Below, piece after piece: positions 40,676-51,053 of a stretch of DNA of 64,000 bases. Under the pieces are notes generated by a model. The model searched no databases and was not told where the DNA came from. It saw nothing but the letters and a program-made list of their open reading frames with translations. The number at the start of each line of letters is the position of its first letter. The first letter of the stretch is position 1. The stretch lies in contig JBOGXY010000204.1 in assembly GCA_050696495.1 (NCBI GenBank), positions 6,796-70,795 on the forward strand, given 5' to 3'. The DNA comes from Solirubrobacteraceae bacterium. Its GTDB lineage: Bacteria > Actinomycetota > Thermoleophilia > Solirubrobacterales > Solirubrobacteraceae. A program made the position numbers and the translations under genes.

Positions 40676-41746
40676 CTACGCCCCCGCCCACCGCTCCCCA
40701 TTCCGCTCATAGATCTCCCCGAGGATCTCCTCCACCCCGCGCGTGACCTCCCACCCCGGGTAATCCCGCTTGAACTCCTTCAGATCGCTGATCCACCAGC
40801 GATGATCGCCGACCCGCGCCTGCTCCCCCAGGCTCCACTGAAGCTCCCTCCCCGCGATCCGCTCACACAGCTCGATCGCCTCGAGCATCGAGCAGTTGCT
40901 CTGGCGCCCGCCGCCGATGTTGTAGACAGCCGCCGCACGCGGAGCGCGATGAAACGCGTCGAAGGCCGCGATCAGGTCCGCCGCGTGAATGTTGTCGCGC
41001 ACCTGCTTGCCGCCATAACCGAAGACCGTGTAGGGCTCGCCGGTCATCGTGCAGCGCATCAGGTAGGAGAGAAAGCCGTGCAGCCGCGCCCCCGCGTGAT
41101 CGGGTCCGGTCAGGCAGCCGGCGCGGAAGCACACGGTCGGCATATCGAAGTAGCGTCCGTACTCCTGCACGAGCAGGTCGGCGGCGGTCTTTGAGACGCC
41201 GAACAGGGAGTGGGTGCAGCCGTCGATCGACATCGACGTGTCGATGCCGCCGTAGTAGCGATGGTCGTCTGGCAGCTCCAGCCGCGTGTCCAGCTCGAGC
41301 AGCGGCAGCGAGTTGGGCAGATCGCCGTAAACCTTGTTGGTCGAGCAGAACACGAACGTCGCGTCAGGCGCATGCGCGCGGGTGGCCTCCAGCAGGTTCA
41401 GCGTGCCGGCGGCGTTGACGGCGAAGTCCGTCCGCGGATCGGAGGCGGCCCAATCGTGCGAGGGTTGGGCGGCTGCGTGGATCACGAGCTCGATCTGGCC
41501 CGCGCGCTCGGCAAAGACTCGCGCGACGCCGTCGATGTCGCGGATGTCAAGCTCCAGCGAGCGAAACTCGTTTGGGTAGCGCTCGATCAGCGCCTGGCTA
41601 GTGCGCGCCGTCGAAGCGTCGGCCCCGAAGAAGCGCGCACGCATGTCGTTCTCCAGCCCGACCACGTCGTAGCCGGCCTGCACGAAGCGGCGGACCGACT
41701 CCGCGCCGACCAGACCGCCGGATCCTGTGACTATCGCTGTGGGCAT
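40676..41746 (-). CDS. rfbE: NAD-dependent epimerase, CDP-paratose 2-epimerase-like
   Basis: [55 protein letters not shown]. Confidence 0.8.
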   Translation of the reverse strand: MPTAIVTGSGGLVGAESVRRFVQAGYDVVGLENDMRARFFGADASTARTSQALIERYPNEFRSLELDIRDIDGVARVFAERAGQIELVIHAAAQPSHDWAASDPRTDFAVNAAGTLNLLEATRAHAPDATFVFCSTNKVYGDLPNSLPLLELDTRLELPDDHRYYGGIDTSMSIDGCTHSLFGVSKTAADLLVQEYGRYFDMPTVCFRAGCLTGPDHAGARLHGFLSYLMRCTMTGEPYTVFGYGGKQVRDNIHAADLIAAFDAFHRAPRAAAVYNIGGGRQSNCSMLEAIELCERIAGRELQWSLGEQARVGDHRWWISDLKEFKRDYPGWEVTRGVEEILGEIYERNGERWAGA

Positions 41747-41792
41747 GCTTGGCGGAATCTAGCGCCAAGAGCCGTTCATCCCCTCAGTCGTC

Positions 41793-41856
41793 GGTACGAC
41801 GTCCTCGTACCAGAGCGGTACGAACAGGTCGTACCGTCATGGTTCGAATATTCGAA
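41793..41856. promoter_or_regulatory. Tandem inverted repeats GGTACGA-N5-TCGTACC (x2) plus palindrome TTCGAATATTCGAA
   Basis: 41793-41811, 41817-41835 (24-bp period) and 41843-41856. Confidence 0.6.
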
Positions 41857-41861
41857 AAGGG

Positions 41862-42944
41862 TCATGGCAGCTGCCCGAACGTGACCGCGCGAACGTCCTC
41901 CCCCTCCCGGTAGGCCCGGAACCACTCGACCGTCAGCCGCAGCCCGTCCTCCAAGCCCAGCAGCGGCTCCCACCCGAGCTCTGCCCGCGCCCGCCCCGAA
42001 TCCAGCCGCAGCGCAGGGTTCTCGCGCGGGTGCTCTCCCTCGTCCACGCGCCAGTCGATCCCTCCCGGCCACAGCTCGCCGACCCGCTCGAGCAGCGCCC
42101 GCACCGGCAGCGCCTCGTCGTTCGCCGGCCCAAAGTTCCAGGCGCGCGCGAACCGCTCGGACTCGCACAGCCTCTGTGCGAGCAGCAGGTACCCCGACAG
42201 CGGCGAGAGCACGTGCTGCCAGGGCCGCACCGCGTCGGGGTTGCGAACGAGCAACGGCTCGCTTGCCTGCCCCCCGCCATGGGGGGTGCCCCCTGGGGTG
42301 TCGGCGAGCACGGCGCGAAAGAGATCGGGCAGCAGTCGCTCGGCGCCGAAGTCGCCGCCGCCGATCACGTTGCCGGCGCGGGCGGTCGCGATGCTTGCGC
42401 TGGTTGGGTCGCTGAAGAACGAGTCGCGGTAGGAGGCGGCGATCAGCTCGGCGCAGGCCTTCGAGGCCGAGTAGGGGTCATCGCCGCCGAGCGGATCGTC
42501 CTCGGTATGCGGAGAGCCGCCTGCGTGCGGGGCATAGCACTTGTCCGAGGTGACAACGACGACCGCCCGCACCGCATCGCAGCCGCGCACGGCATCGAGC
42601 AGGTGCGCGGTGCCAAGCGCGTTGACGGCGAACGTCTCTGCCGGCTGCGCAAACGAAGCGCGCACCAGCGGCTGCGCGGCAAGGTGGAAGACGACCTCGG
42701 GGCGAGCGTCCGCCATAGCGATCGCGAGCGCGTCGGGGTTGCGCACATCGCAGACGGCGGACGCTTCCATCCCCTGTTCGACGCCGGCGAGCGCGTACAG
42801 CGACGGATCGGTCGGAGGCGTTGGCAGCGAGACGCCGCGGACCCGCGCCCCCAGCGCCTGCAGCCACAGGCACAGCCAGGCCCCCTTGAAGCCGTTGTGT
42901 CCGGTGACCAGGACGCGGCGGTCTCGCCAGAAGGCCGGATCCAC
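41862..42944 (-). CDS. rfbG: CDP-glucose 4,6-dehydratase
   Basis: FW..VLVTGHNGFKGAWL, HLAAQPLVR, TSDKCY, DPYSASK, RAGNVIGGGD, RPWQHVL, WNFGP. Confidence 0.93.
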   Translation of the reverse strand: MDPAFWRDRRVLVTGHNGFKGAWLCLWLQALGARVRGVSLPTPPTDPSLYALAGVEQGMEASAVCDVRNPDALAIAMADARPEVVFHLAAQPLVRASFAQPAETFAVNALGTAHLLDAVRGCDAVRAVVVVTSDKCYAPHAGGSPHTEDDPLGGDDPYSASKACAELIAASYRDSFFSDPTSASIATARAGNVIGGGDFGAERLLPDLFRAVLADTPGGTPHGGGQASEPLLVRNPDAVRPWQHVLSPLSGYLLLAQRLCESERFARAWNFGPANDEALPVRALLERVGELWPGGIDWRVDEGEHPRENPALRLDSGRARAELGWEPLLGLEDGLRLTVEWFRAYREGEDVRAVTFGQLP

Positions 42945-43010
42945 GACACCAGAGCATGTTCTCGACATCCTCATTTGCGCCGCAGTTCAGTAGCACTTTG
43001 GACCAACTTC

Positions 43011-43439
43011 TTACTCAGGATCGGAATTCTCCCCGCTCGGCGCCAGCACTCGCAGCCCTGCGTGCGTGGCAGCTTCGCCCAGACGCGTGTCGTAGGTGTA
43101 GAAGCCGGCCAACAGATCGCCGAGCTGGAGAGCAGTGGCGAGATGGATGGCGTCAAGCGAACGCAGCTCCGCAGGTTGGAGTTCGCCGGCTTGTCGCCTA
43201 GTCTGCGGGCTGAGCGGCAGTAGGCGCACCTTCTCGAGCTTTGAGCGACCGATGTCTGCCGCCGTAGAGCCTCCGCCGCGGCGCCGTAGGGCGCGCAGCG
43301 TCTCGACCTCGGCGATCTCGCTGGCGACAAGCTTCGCATCGGATGCGAGGGCCGCAATCAGGGCATCGGTCTCCGGCTCCCGCAACACCAGCTTGACGAG
43401 CGCTGATGCGTCGAGATAGAACAGCTCAGGTTTGGGCAC
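43011..43439 (-). CDS. vapC: PIN-domain toxin VapC
   Basis: YLDASALVKLV..E, EVE, LRSLDAIHLATA, TYDTRL. Confidence 0.9.
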   Translation of the reverse strand: MPKPELFYLDASALVKLVLREPETDALIAALASDAKLVASEIAEVETLRALRRRGGGSTAADIGRSKLEKVRLLPLSPQTRRQAGELQPAELRSLDAIHLATALQLGDLLAGFYTYDTRLGEAATHAGLRVLAPSGENSDPE

Positions 43440-43446
43440 CGGCCGC

Positions 43447-43770
43447 TCAGAGGCGCTCTTCGCGCAACTCTTGAAGCGCTTCAGAGATGGCATACGGTTT
43501 GGTTTCATCCACCGGCCCAAGCGCTGCCGCGGACGCGAGCAGGTCCGCTGTCGAGCCAAGCGCCGGTGTGGCGCCAAGTTCGTCCAGCCGCCGGTCGATC
43601 TCCGGGCCCTGCCGCGCGAGAAGCTCGCGCGCGCCACGCAAAATCAACTCCCGGGCAAGCGTTGCGGTCGGCTTGTTCTCTCCCAATAGAGGCCTCGCAC
43701 GCCGCAAAGCATCGTCAAGTTCGGCGTCGCGGGTCAGAGCTATGCGGGGATGGATAGTTGCCATCGTCAT
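43447..43770 (-). CDS. Putative antitoxin of the PIN toxin
   Basis: ~107 aa directly upstream of vapC; RHH-like N-terminus PRIALTRDAELDDAL; acidic tail SEALQELREER. Confidence 0.7.
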   Translation of the reverse strand: MTMATIHPRIALTRDAELDDALRRARPLLGENKPTATLARELILRGARELLARQGPEIDRRLDELGATPALGSTADLLASAAALGPVDETKPYAISEALQELREERL

Positions 43771-43811
43771 AGTAGTGTAACACCTGAGTTGCACCTTTCT
43801 TTCTCGACCGC

Positions 43812-45566
43812 TCAGCGCTCGTGGACGCTGACCAGGTTCGAGGCGCCGGTCGCGTAGGGAAAGTCCGCCTCGTGGGGGGAGACGGCTCGGAACTGGTAGG
43901 TGATCGGGCCTGCGAGGCGGAAGCGGTAGGTGGCTTTGAACGCGCCGTGGGCGCCCGTGGTCAGGACGCGAAACTGGCGCCAGTGGGAACGGCCCGGGCC
44001 CGCCACGCGGGCTTCCAGGACCAGTTGCTTGCCGCCGTGCGGGAGCGGGGCGCCGTGCAGGACGCCGCTGAAGCGGATCGTGCCGCCGGCGTGGGAGCTG
44101 CGCGGGCTGACGCGCAGGCTCACCGAGGCCGGGACGGTGAGCGCCAGTGCCACCGTCACGTCTGGGGCGCTTTGGCCGGAGTGGGCGCTGTAGGCCAGTG
44201 TCAGCCGTCCCGAGGGCAGCGAGGCCGGCAGGCGCAGCGTGAAGGCGCCGTTTGCCCCCGTGCGTGCCGCGGGCAGCGTCAGCGGGTGCGCTCCCAGGCC
44301 GGCAGGCAGGAACTGCGCCTGCACCTGCGCTCCGGCGATCGGCGCGCCACCGGGGGCGAGCAATCGGCCGCTGACGGCGTGGGCGCTGCCGAAGCGGGCT
44401 GTGAGGGCAGTGTGCGCGCCGGTTGACCAGTGCGCGGAGAGGCTCGCCGCGGCGGAGGCGGGCGTGCCGTTGGCGGGTCCCAGCGTGGGAGCTCCTTGGC
44501 CGGCGCCCGGCGTCGTCTGGCCGACCGCGCCGCTTGCGCCCAGGCCGGCTCCTGGCAGCGACTGGGGATGGTTGAGGACGTCGATCTTGCGGTCGAGCAC
44601 GACTGTCGCGTTGCCGGCCGCGTCGGTGACGGCGACGACGAGATGGTGTGTGCCGTCGCTGAGCGCGGTCGTGTCGAAGGGAACGTCGGCGTTCACGCTT
44701 GCGGCGCAGGGCTGCAGGTAGGCGAAGGCGGGTAGCCCGTCGCCGGTGCCGCCCAGGTCGCGGCAGTGACCGCCGTTTTCGTCGATCACGGTACGCCCGG
44801 TTTCGGCGCCGTCGAGGGTGAAGACGGCCTGGTAGACCCCCGAGCCGGGGTCTGAGGCGGCGAAGGAGAGGTCGGCGGTACCGCTGAGGGCGCTCGCCGT
44901 GGCCAGTTCGCCGGTGACGTTTTCGACGGTGGGTTGGGTGTTCTGTTCGAGGGTGAGGTCTGCGGCGTAGAGGTAGACGACGGCGGCGTAGCCATTGGAG
45001 TCGCCTTTGCCGCTGGGGCATTTGTACGTCTGTAGCCCGCCGCACGATGCGTTGACATAAAGATGTTCGCCGATGTTCGGTGTCGGGACCGAAACAAAGT
45101 TGGATGCTGAAAAGGGGGTTTCCGGTTCGCCGACGACAGTCATACAACCGGACACGTAGACACAACTCCCGAACGTTTCCGGTTGGGTGGGACCAGCGAA
45201 CCAGAACTCATAGGTGGCATTCGCGGCGGCGCCCCCTTCCGCATCGCCGGCACGCCAAAGACTTGCTTTCTCAAGCGTCTCGCCAGTCGGGGTGTCAAGC
45301 GTCCACGTTGCGGTGTCTGTACCGACAGGGTGGCTTACTCCTTCGCCAAGTCCCGCGATAAGAGCCCCGCCTTTCGCGCACTTGTCTTCGGCCGCAACGG
45401 ACGCACCCGTCGCGCTTGGGGTCCACCCGTCCGTCGGGGCGACGGCGCCGCTGGGGGTTCGGCAGCTGTAGACGTGGAACTGCCCGCCCAAGGCAACTGT
45501 GGCCGTGCAGGCGCACACGCAGGCCAGGCCGAAAAGTACGCCGATCGCAATTCGCATCCGTTGCAT
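43812..45566 (-). CDS. Secreted Cys-containing multi-Ig-like protein
   Basis: Signal peptide; ASDPGSGV, DGTHHLVVAVTDAAGN Ig-like motifs; Gly/Pro linker; C-terminal beta domains; GGAAAGGA RBS. Confidence 0.75.
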   Translation of the reverse strand: MQRMRIAIGVLFGLACVCACTATVALGGQFHVYSCRTPSGAVAPTDGWTPSATGASVAAEDKCAKGGALIAGLGEGVSHPVGTDTATWTLDTPTGETLEKASLWRAGDAEGGAAANATYEFWFAGPTQPETFGSCVYVSGCMTVVGEPETPFSASNFVSVPTPNIGEHLYVNASCGGLQTYKCPSGKGDSNGYAAVVYLYAADLTLEQNTQPTVENVTGELATASALSGTADLSFAASDPGSGVYQAVFTLDGAETGRTVIDENGGHCRDLGGTGDGLPAFAYLQPCAASVNADVPFDTTALSDGTHHLVVAVTDAAGNATVVLDRKIDVLNHPQSLPGAGLGASGAVGQTTPGAGQGAPTLGPANGTPASAAASLSAHWSTGAHTALTARFGSAHAVSGRLLAPGGAPIAGAQVQAQFLPAGLGAHPLTLPAARTGANGAFTLRLPASLPSGRLTLAYSAHSGQSAPDVTVALALTVPASVSLRVSPRSSHAGGTIRFSGVLHGAPLPHGGKQLVLEARVAGPGRSHWRQFRVLTTGAHGAFKATYRFRLAGPITYQFRAVSPHEADFPYATGASNLVSVHER

Positions 45567-45771
45567 CGCTCAGATTCCTTTCCCGTGGTGAGGCGCGGCG
45601 GAGCCGCGTATTGACGGGAGTCGGGCGTCGTGCCCGGCGCACCCCCCTGTCAATTGCTTGCGCGACTGTTTGCGCGCAGCCATCCTAAGGAACCGGAATG
45701 TTGGGATCCGCCCGGATAGACGGATGTTCGGTTGCCGCGTCCAGGCGCCCGCCGGGGCGGCGAGCGGGAGA

Positions 45772-47034
45772 TTAGAAGCGGATCGGCAGCTCGGAGAGCC
45801 CGTAGATGCCGAGGATGCTCTCGAACACCGGCTCGCCGTCGAGCTCGAGCGAGGGCATGTTGCGAGCCAGGAAGCCGAGCCCCTCCTCCAGCTCCAGGCG
45901 CGCCAGGTTCGCCCCGAGGCAGTAGTGCACGCCCGCGCCGAAGGTCAGCACACGCGCGCGCGGCCGCGCGGCCGTGATGTCAAACGCCTCAGCGTCCGCG
46001 CCGCCGGTCTCGCTCTCGGGGAGGTCGCGGTTGCCCGTGAAGGCGCAGACCATCACGACCGTGTCCTTGGGGAAGACGACGTCGCGGTACTCGACCTCCT
46101 CGACGGTGATCCGCGCCGTAAACGGTGTGATCGGCTCGAAGCGCAGCGCCTCCTCGACGGCGGCCCCCGCAAGCGAGGGATCGGCTACGAGCGCCTGCCA
46201 CTGCTCTGGATGTTCGCCCAGCAGCCGGATCGCGTGCGCGAGCTGGCTCTGGGTCGTATCCACGCCGCCGATCAGCACGTTGAGCACGAGGTTCACGCAC
46301 TCCTGCACGCTGAGCTTCTCGCGCGCCGGGGCGGCGGCGGCCCCGCCGGCATCCTCGGGCGCGGGACGATAGGTGGCGGCCAGCAGCCTTGAGATCAGAT
46401 CGTCGCCGGGATCGTCGCGGCGCGTCGCGATCAAAGCGCGGGCGTACTCGTAGAACTCCGCCACGGCCGTCTCGATCCCCTCGCGCTCGTTCATCATCGA
46501 GGCGGCGTCGAACTGCCTCTGTATCCAGTTCGACCAGTGGTGCAAACGAGGCGCGTCTGAAAGCGGCGCCCCCATCACCGCGGCGATCGTCTGCGAGGGG
46601 TAGGGCTTGGCGAACGCCTCGACGAACTCGCAGCGCCCGCGATCGGCGACCTGCGCGAACAACCCACTCAGAAACTCGCGCATCGCCGGGCGCCAGCGCT
46701 CCACCGCGCGCGGGGTCAGCGCGGGATTGACGAGCGCGCGCAGGCGCGTGTGATCGGCGCCGTTTACGTGCAGGATGTTGGCCTTCATCTCCTCCCACAG
46801 CGGACCGTCTTTAACGTCGAACAGCTCGGCGATCTTCATCCCCGGGAAGATCGCCGAGCGTGTCCGCAGGAAGAACTCGCCCGCTTCGCGGTCGAGCACG
46901 ACATACCCATAAGGCCCCTGCGCGAGCCACCCCTGGGTGGCAAGCTCGCGCATCGCCGTGTGAAAGCGCTCCCCCTTCAGATCGGGGTCGGTGTAGTCGA
47001 AGCTCTGCAGCTCCAGCTCGCCGACGAGCGCCAT
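45772..47034 (-). CDS. Cytochrome P450
   Basis: HTRLR, GGVDTT, EEALR, FGAGVHYCLG. Confidence 0.95.
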   Translation of the reverse strand: MALVGELELQSFDYTDPDLKGERFHTAMRELATQGWLAQGPYGYVVLDREAGEFFLRTRSAIFPGMKIAELFDVKDGPLWEEMKANILHVNGADHTRLRALVNPALTPRAVERWRPAMREFLSGLFAQVADRGRCEFVEAFAKPYPSQTIAAVMGAPLSDAPRLHHWSNWIQRQFDAASMMNEREGIETAVAEFYEYARALIATRRDDPGDDLISRLLAATYRPAPEDAGGAAAAPAREKLSVQECVNLVLNVLIGGVDTTQSQLAHAIRLLGEHPEQWQALVADPSLAGAAVEEALRFEPITPFTARITVEEVEYRDVVFPKDTVVMVCAFTGNRDLPESETGGADAEAFDITAARPRARVLTFGAGVHYCLGANLARLELEEGLGFLARNMPSLELDGEPVFESILGIYGLSELPIRF

Positions 47035-47060
47035 CTCACGGCCGGTTTCTGTCGGGATGC

Positions 47061-47342
47061 TTACTTCTTCGGGTGCACCGTCTGCTTGAGGCTGGCGCCC
47101 GGTGTGAACTTCGGCGCCTTGGACGCCTTGATCTTCACCTTCTCGCCCGTGCGGGGATTGACGCCCTGACGGGCGGCGCGCTTGACCACGGAGAACTTGC
47201 CGAAGCCGGTGATTACGACCTCATCGCCCTTCTTCAGCGTCTTGCCGACGAGCCCGACAAAAGACTCGATCGCACGAGATGCGTCCGCCTTGGAGAGACC
47301 GCTGTCGGCGGCAAGCGCCTCTACCAGCTGGCTCTTGTTCAT
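47061..47342 (-). CDS. hup: HU-family DNA-binding protein
   Basis: MNKSQLV, GFGKF, RAARQGVNPRTGE, PKFTPG. Confidence 0.95.
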   Translation of the reverse strand: MNKSQLVEALAADSGLSKADASRAIESFVGLVGKTLKKGDEVVITGFGKFSVVKRAARQGVNPRTGEKVKIKASKAPKFTPGASLKQTVHPKK

Positions 47343-47386
47343 TTGAGTGCTCCCTTTCGATTAGGTGTGACTGGCAGGCGCGCAGA

Positions 47387-48334
47387 CTAGCGCGCATCGC
47401 AGCCGACAGGCGCCCGCCTGCCGGTCAGTGCGCCCCGTGTCAGCGCCAAACCACGCTCCACGGAGAGCGCGGAAGTACCGATCGCGGCTGTGGCCTTCTC
47501 GCCGCACAGCCCGGCATTGCCAGCCAGCGCCACTCCCTCGCGCTCGCCACAGGCGCGCAAATACGCCGCCTGCGTCCCTTCCCGAACCAGCTCCTCGCGG
47601 CAGCCGAACTCGCGCGCCAGCGCTCGTCCCCAGGCGTGGCGGCCAAGCGCGGTGGGCCCGCCGAGGTTATAGACGCCTTCGCACCCTTGAGCGATCAACT
47701 CGCACATCCGCTGCGCGAGATCCCAAGCGTAGGCGGGCGATCGCAGCCCCCCCTGCGGCGCGGGCAGCGGTGCGCGGCGGCGCAGCCGCGCCACGAGTGC
47801 CAGGGCCAGACAGGCCCGCTCGGGCGCGGCCGCATTGACTCCATAGACCTCCCCGGGTCGTGTGATCAGCCAAGGCACGCAAGAGCGCATGGTCGCCTCC
47901 TCGCAGGCGAGCTTTGAGCGCCCGTGCGCGTTTACCGGATCGGGCAGGTCCCCCTCGCGCGAGCGCCACCCCGCCGGCATCCGCCCGCCGTAGACCTGGT
48001 CGCAGGAGACGAGCACGTAGCGCGCGCGCACGTGACGCGCGGCGGCCAGCGTGTGCTCGGCCCCGACGAACTCGAGCTGCCCGACATAAGGGTCGCGCTC
48101 AAAGCGCGAGAGCGAGGGCTCGCCGGCGGCGTGCACGATCACGTCGGGCTCCCACTCGCTGGCCAGCGCCACGCAGGCTTTGCGGTCGGCCATCTGCAGC
48201 CGCGCCGTCTCGGCGCCGTCCAAATCGACGGGGCGCCGGTGAAAACAGGCGAGCACATCCCAGCTCTGCTGCGCTGCGGCGGCAGCCACGTTCGAACCGA
48301 TCAGCCCGCTTGCACCTGTCACCAGCACCCGCAT
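47387..48334 (-). CDS. RmlD-like SDR (sugar-nucleotide-binding), catalytic Tyr replaced
   Basis: VTGASGLIG, PDVIVHAA, PVNAHGRSKLACE, GVYNLGG. Confidence 0.75.
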   Translation of the reverse strand: MRVLVTGASGLIGSNVAAAAAQQSWDVLACFHRRPVDLDGAETARLQMADRKACVALASEWEPDVIVHAAGEPSLSRFERDPYVGQLEFVGAEHTLAAARHVRARYVLVSCDQVYGGRMPAGWRSREGDLPDPVNAHGRSKLACEEATMRSCVPWLITRPGEVYGVNAAAPERACLALALVARLRRRAPLPAPQGGLRSPAYAWDLAQRMCELIAQGCEGVYNLGGPTALGRHAWGRALAREFGCREELVREGTQAAYLRACGEREGVALAGNAGLCGEKATAAIGTSALSVERGLALTRGALTGRRAPVGCDAR

Positions 48335-49402
48335 CCGATACAAAGCGTATCGCTAGTGTCAAGCTAAATCCGGGCGGGTCTAGGGCAGGAAAGCGTTGGT
48401 CCCGTAACGGTTCGGAGAAATCGGTACGCCGATCAGCCGCGCGTCGAGCATCCAGCTTGACATTTCGCGGACGCTCTGAGCGGCGATCGCGCCGGAGCGA
48501 TCGAACAGCGGCAGGTAGACGGCAAGCGAGGCCTTCGTGAGCTTCGGCGGCAGCGTCGGGTTGGCGGCCTGCAGCTCGGCCAGGCTGCGCGCCGGGTCGA
48601 CCAGCGTGTCCCGGTAGCCGTGGACGGTGGCCGCCACGAAGGAGCGCACGAGCCCCGGATCGGAGCGAATCAGCGAACGTGTCGTGAACGCCACCAGCCC
48701 CGGGTAGGCCGGCCCGCCGTAGCGGTCAAGCGCGAACGCTTCGATCTCATGTCCGCTGACGCTCAGCGCGACGCCGTCGTCGGGGATGAAGCCGGTGAAG
48801 GCGGCGATCCGACCGGCAAGCAGCGCCTGAGCGCCGTCGAAGCCGACTGTCGCGACCCTGACCCGCTTCGGATCGACGCCGGAGTGGCGCAGCTCGGTGT
48901 CCAGGACGGCCAGATCGGAGGGCACGCCGGTCACGCCGACGGTCTTGCCGGCCAGGCCGGCGGGCGAGCGCAGATGCTCGGAGCGCAATGCGATCAACCC
49001 GCCCAGCGGTCGCGCCACGATCGCCATGACGGTCTGGGCGTCGCCTCCCTCCTCGATCAGGGAGGCGACGTCGCTGCCGTCGGCAAGGCCGAACTGCGCC
49101 CGTCCGGCGTCGATCAGCTTCAGCGTTTCCTGGGTGGAGGTCGGCTGCACCACCTTCAATTCGATGCCGGCTTTGCGGTAGTAGCCGGCGCCCAGCGCCC
49201 GGTAGATGCCGGCGTGCACCGCATTGGGCGTGAAGTCGAGGATCAGCGTCACCCGGCGCGGGGCGCTCGATCCACATCCGCCAAGCGCGAAGAGGAGCGT
49301 CGTGACCGCCACCAGGCACGCGCTCGCGCGCGCGCGAGCGCGCCCTCCTCCCTTCAGCCGCCCAAATGCCGCGCCGGCCAGCAGGTATCGTGGGGCGGGC
49401 CG

Positions 49403-51037
<1,635 letters not shown>

Positions 51038-51053
51038 GCGGGTTGCAGCGAAC

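Noticed and set aside
41843..41856. LexA (SOS) box
   Set aside because: The actinobacterial box is CGAAC-N4-GTTCG; TTCGAATATTCGAA has the wrong spacing and core
43447..45165. 572-aa ORF as a real protein
   Set aside because: Only the last ~107 codons look coding; the rest is an alternative frame of the 43812-45566 gene
45620..45680. c-di-GMP-I riboswitch (GCAAAC...GCAA...GAC on minus strand)
   Set aside because: The following GCAAAG and P2 elements are missing; kept only as an unclassified structured leader
49319..49342. 24-bp perfect CG-rich palindrome
   Set aside because: Low-complexity (CG)n within an Arg-Ala-coding signal region; plausible by chance at this GC content
48620..49402. N-terminal fusion domain on the mutase (805-aa ORF)
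   Set aside because: The extension is antisense to the NMT1 gene; mutase similarity starts near ATG 49403
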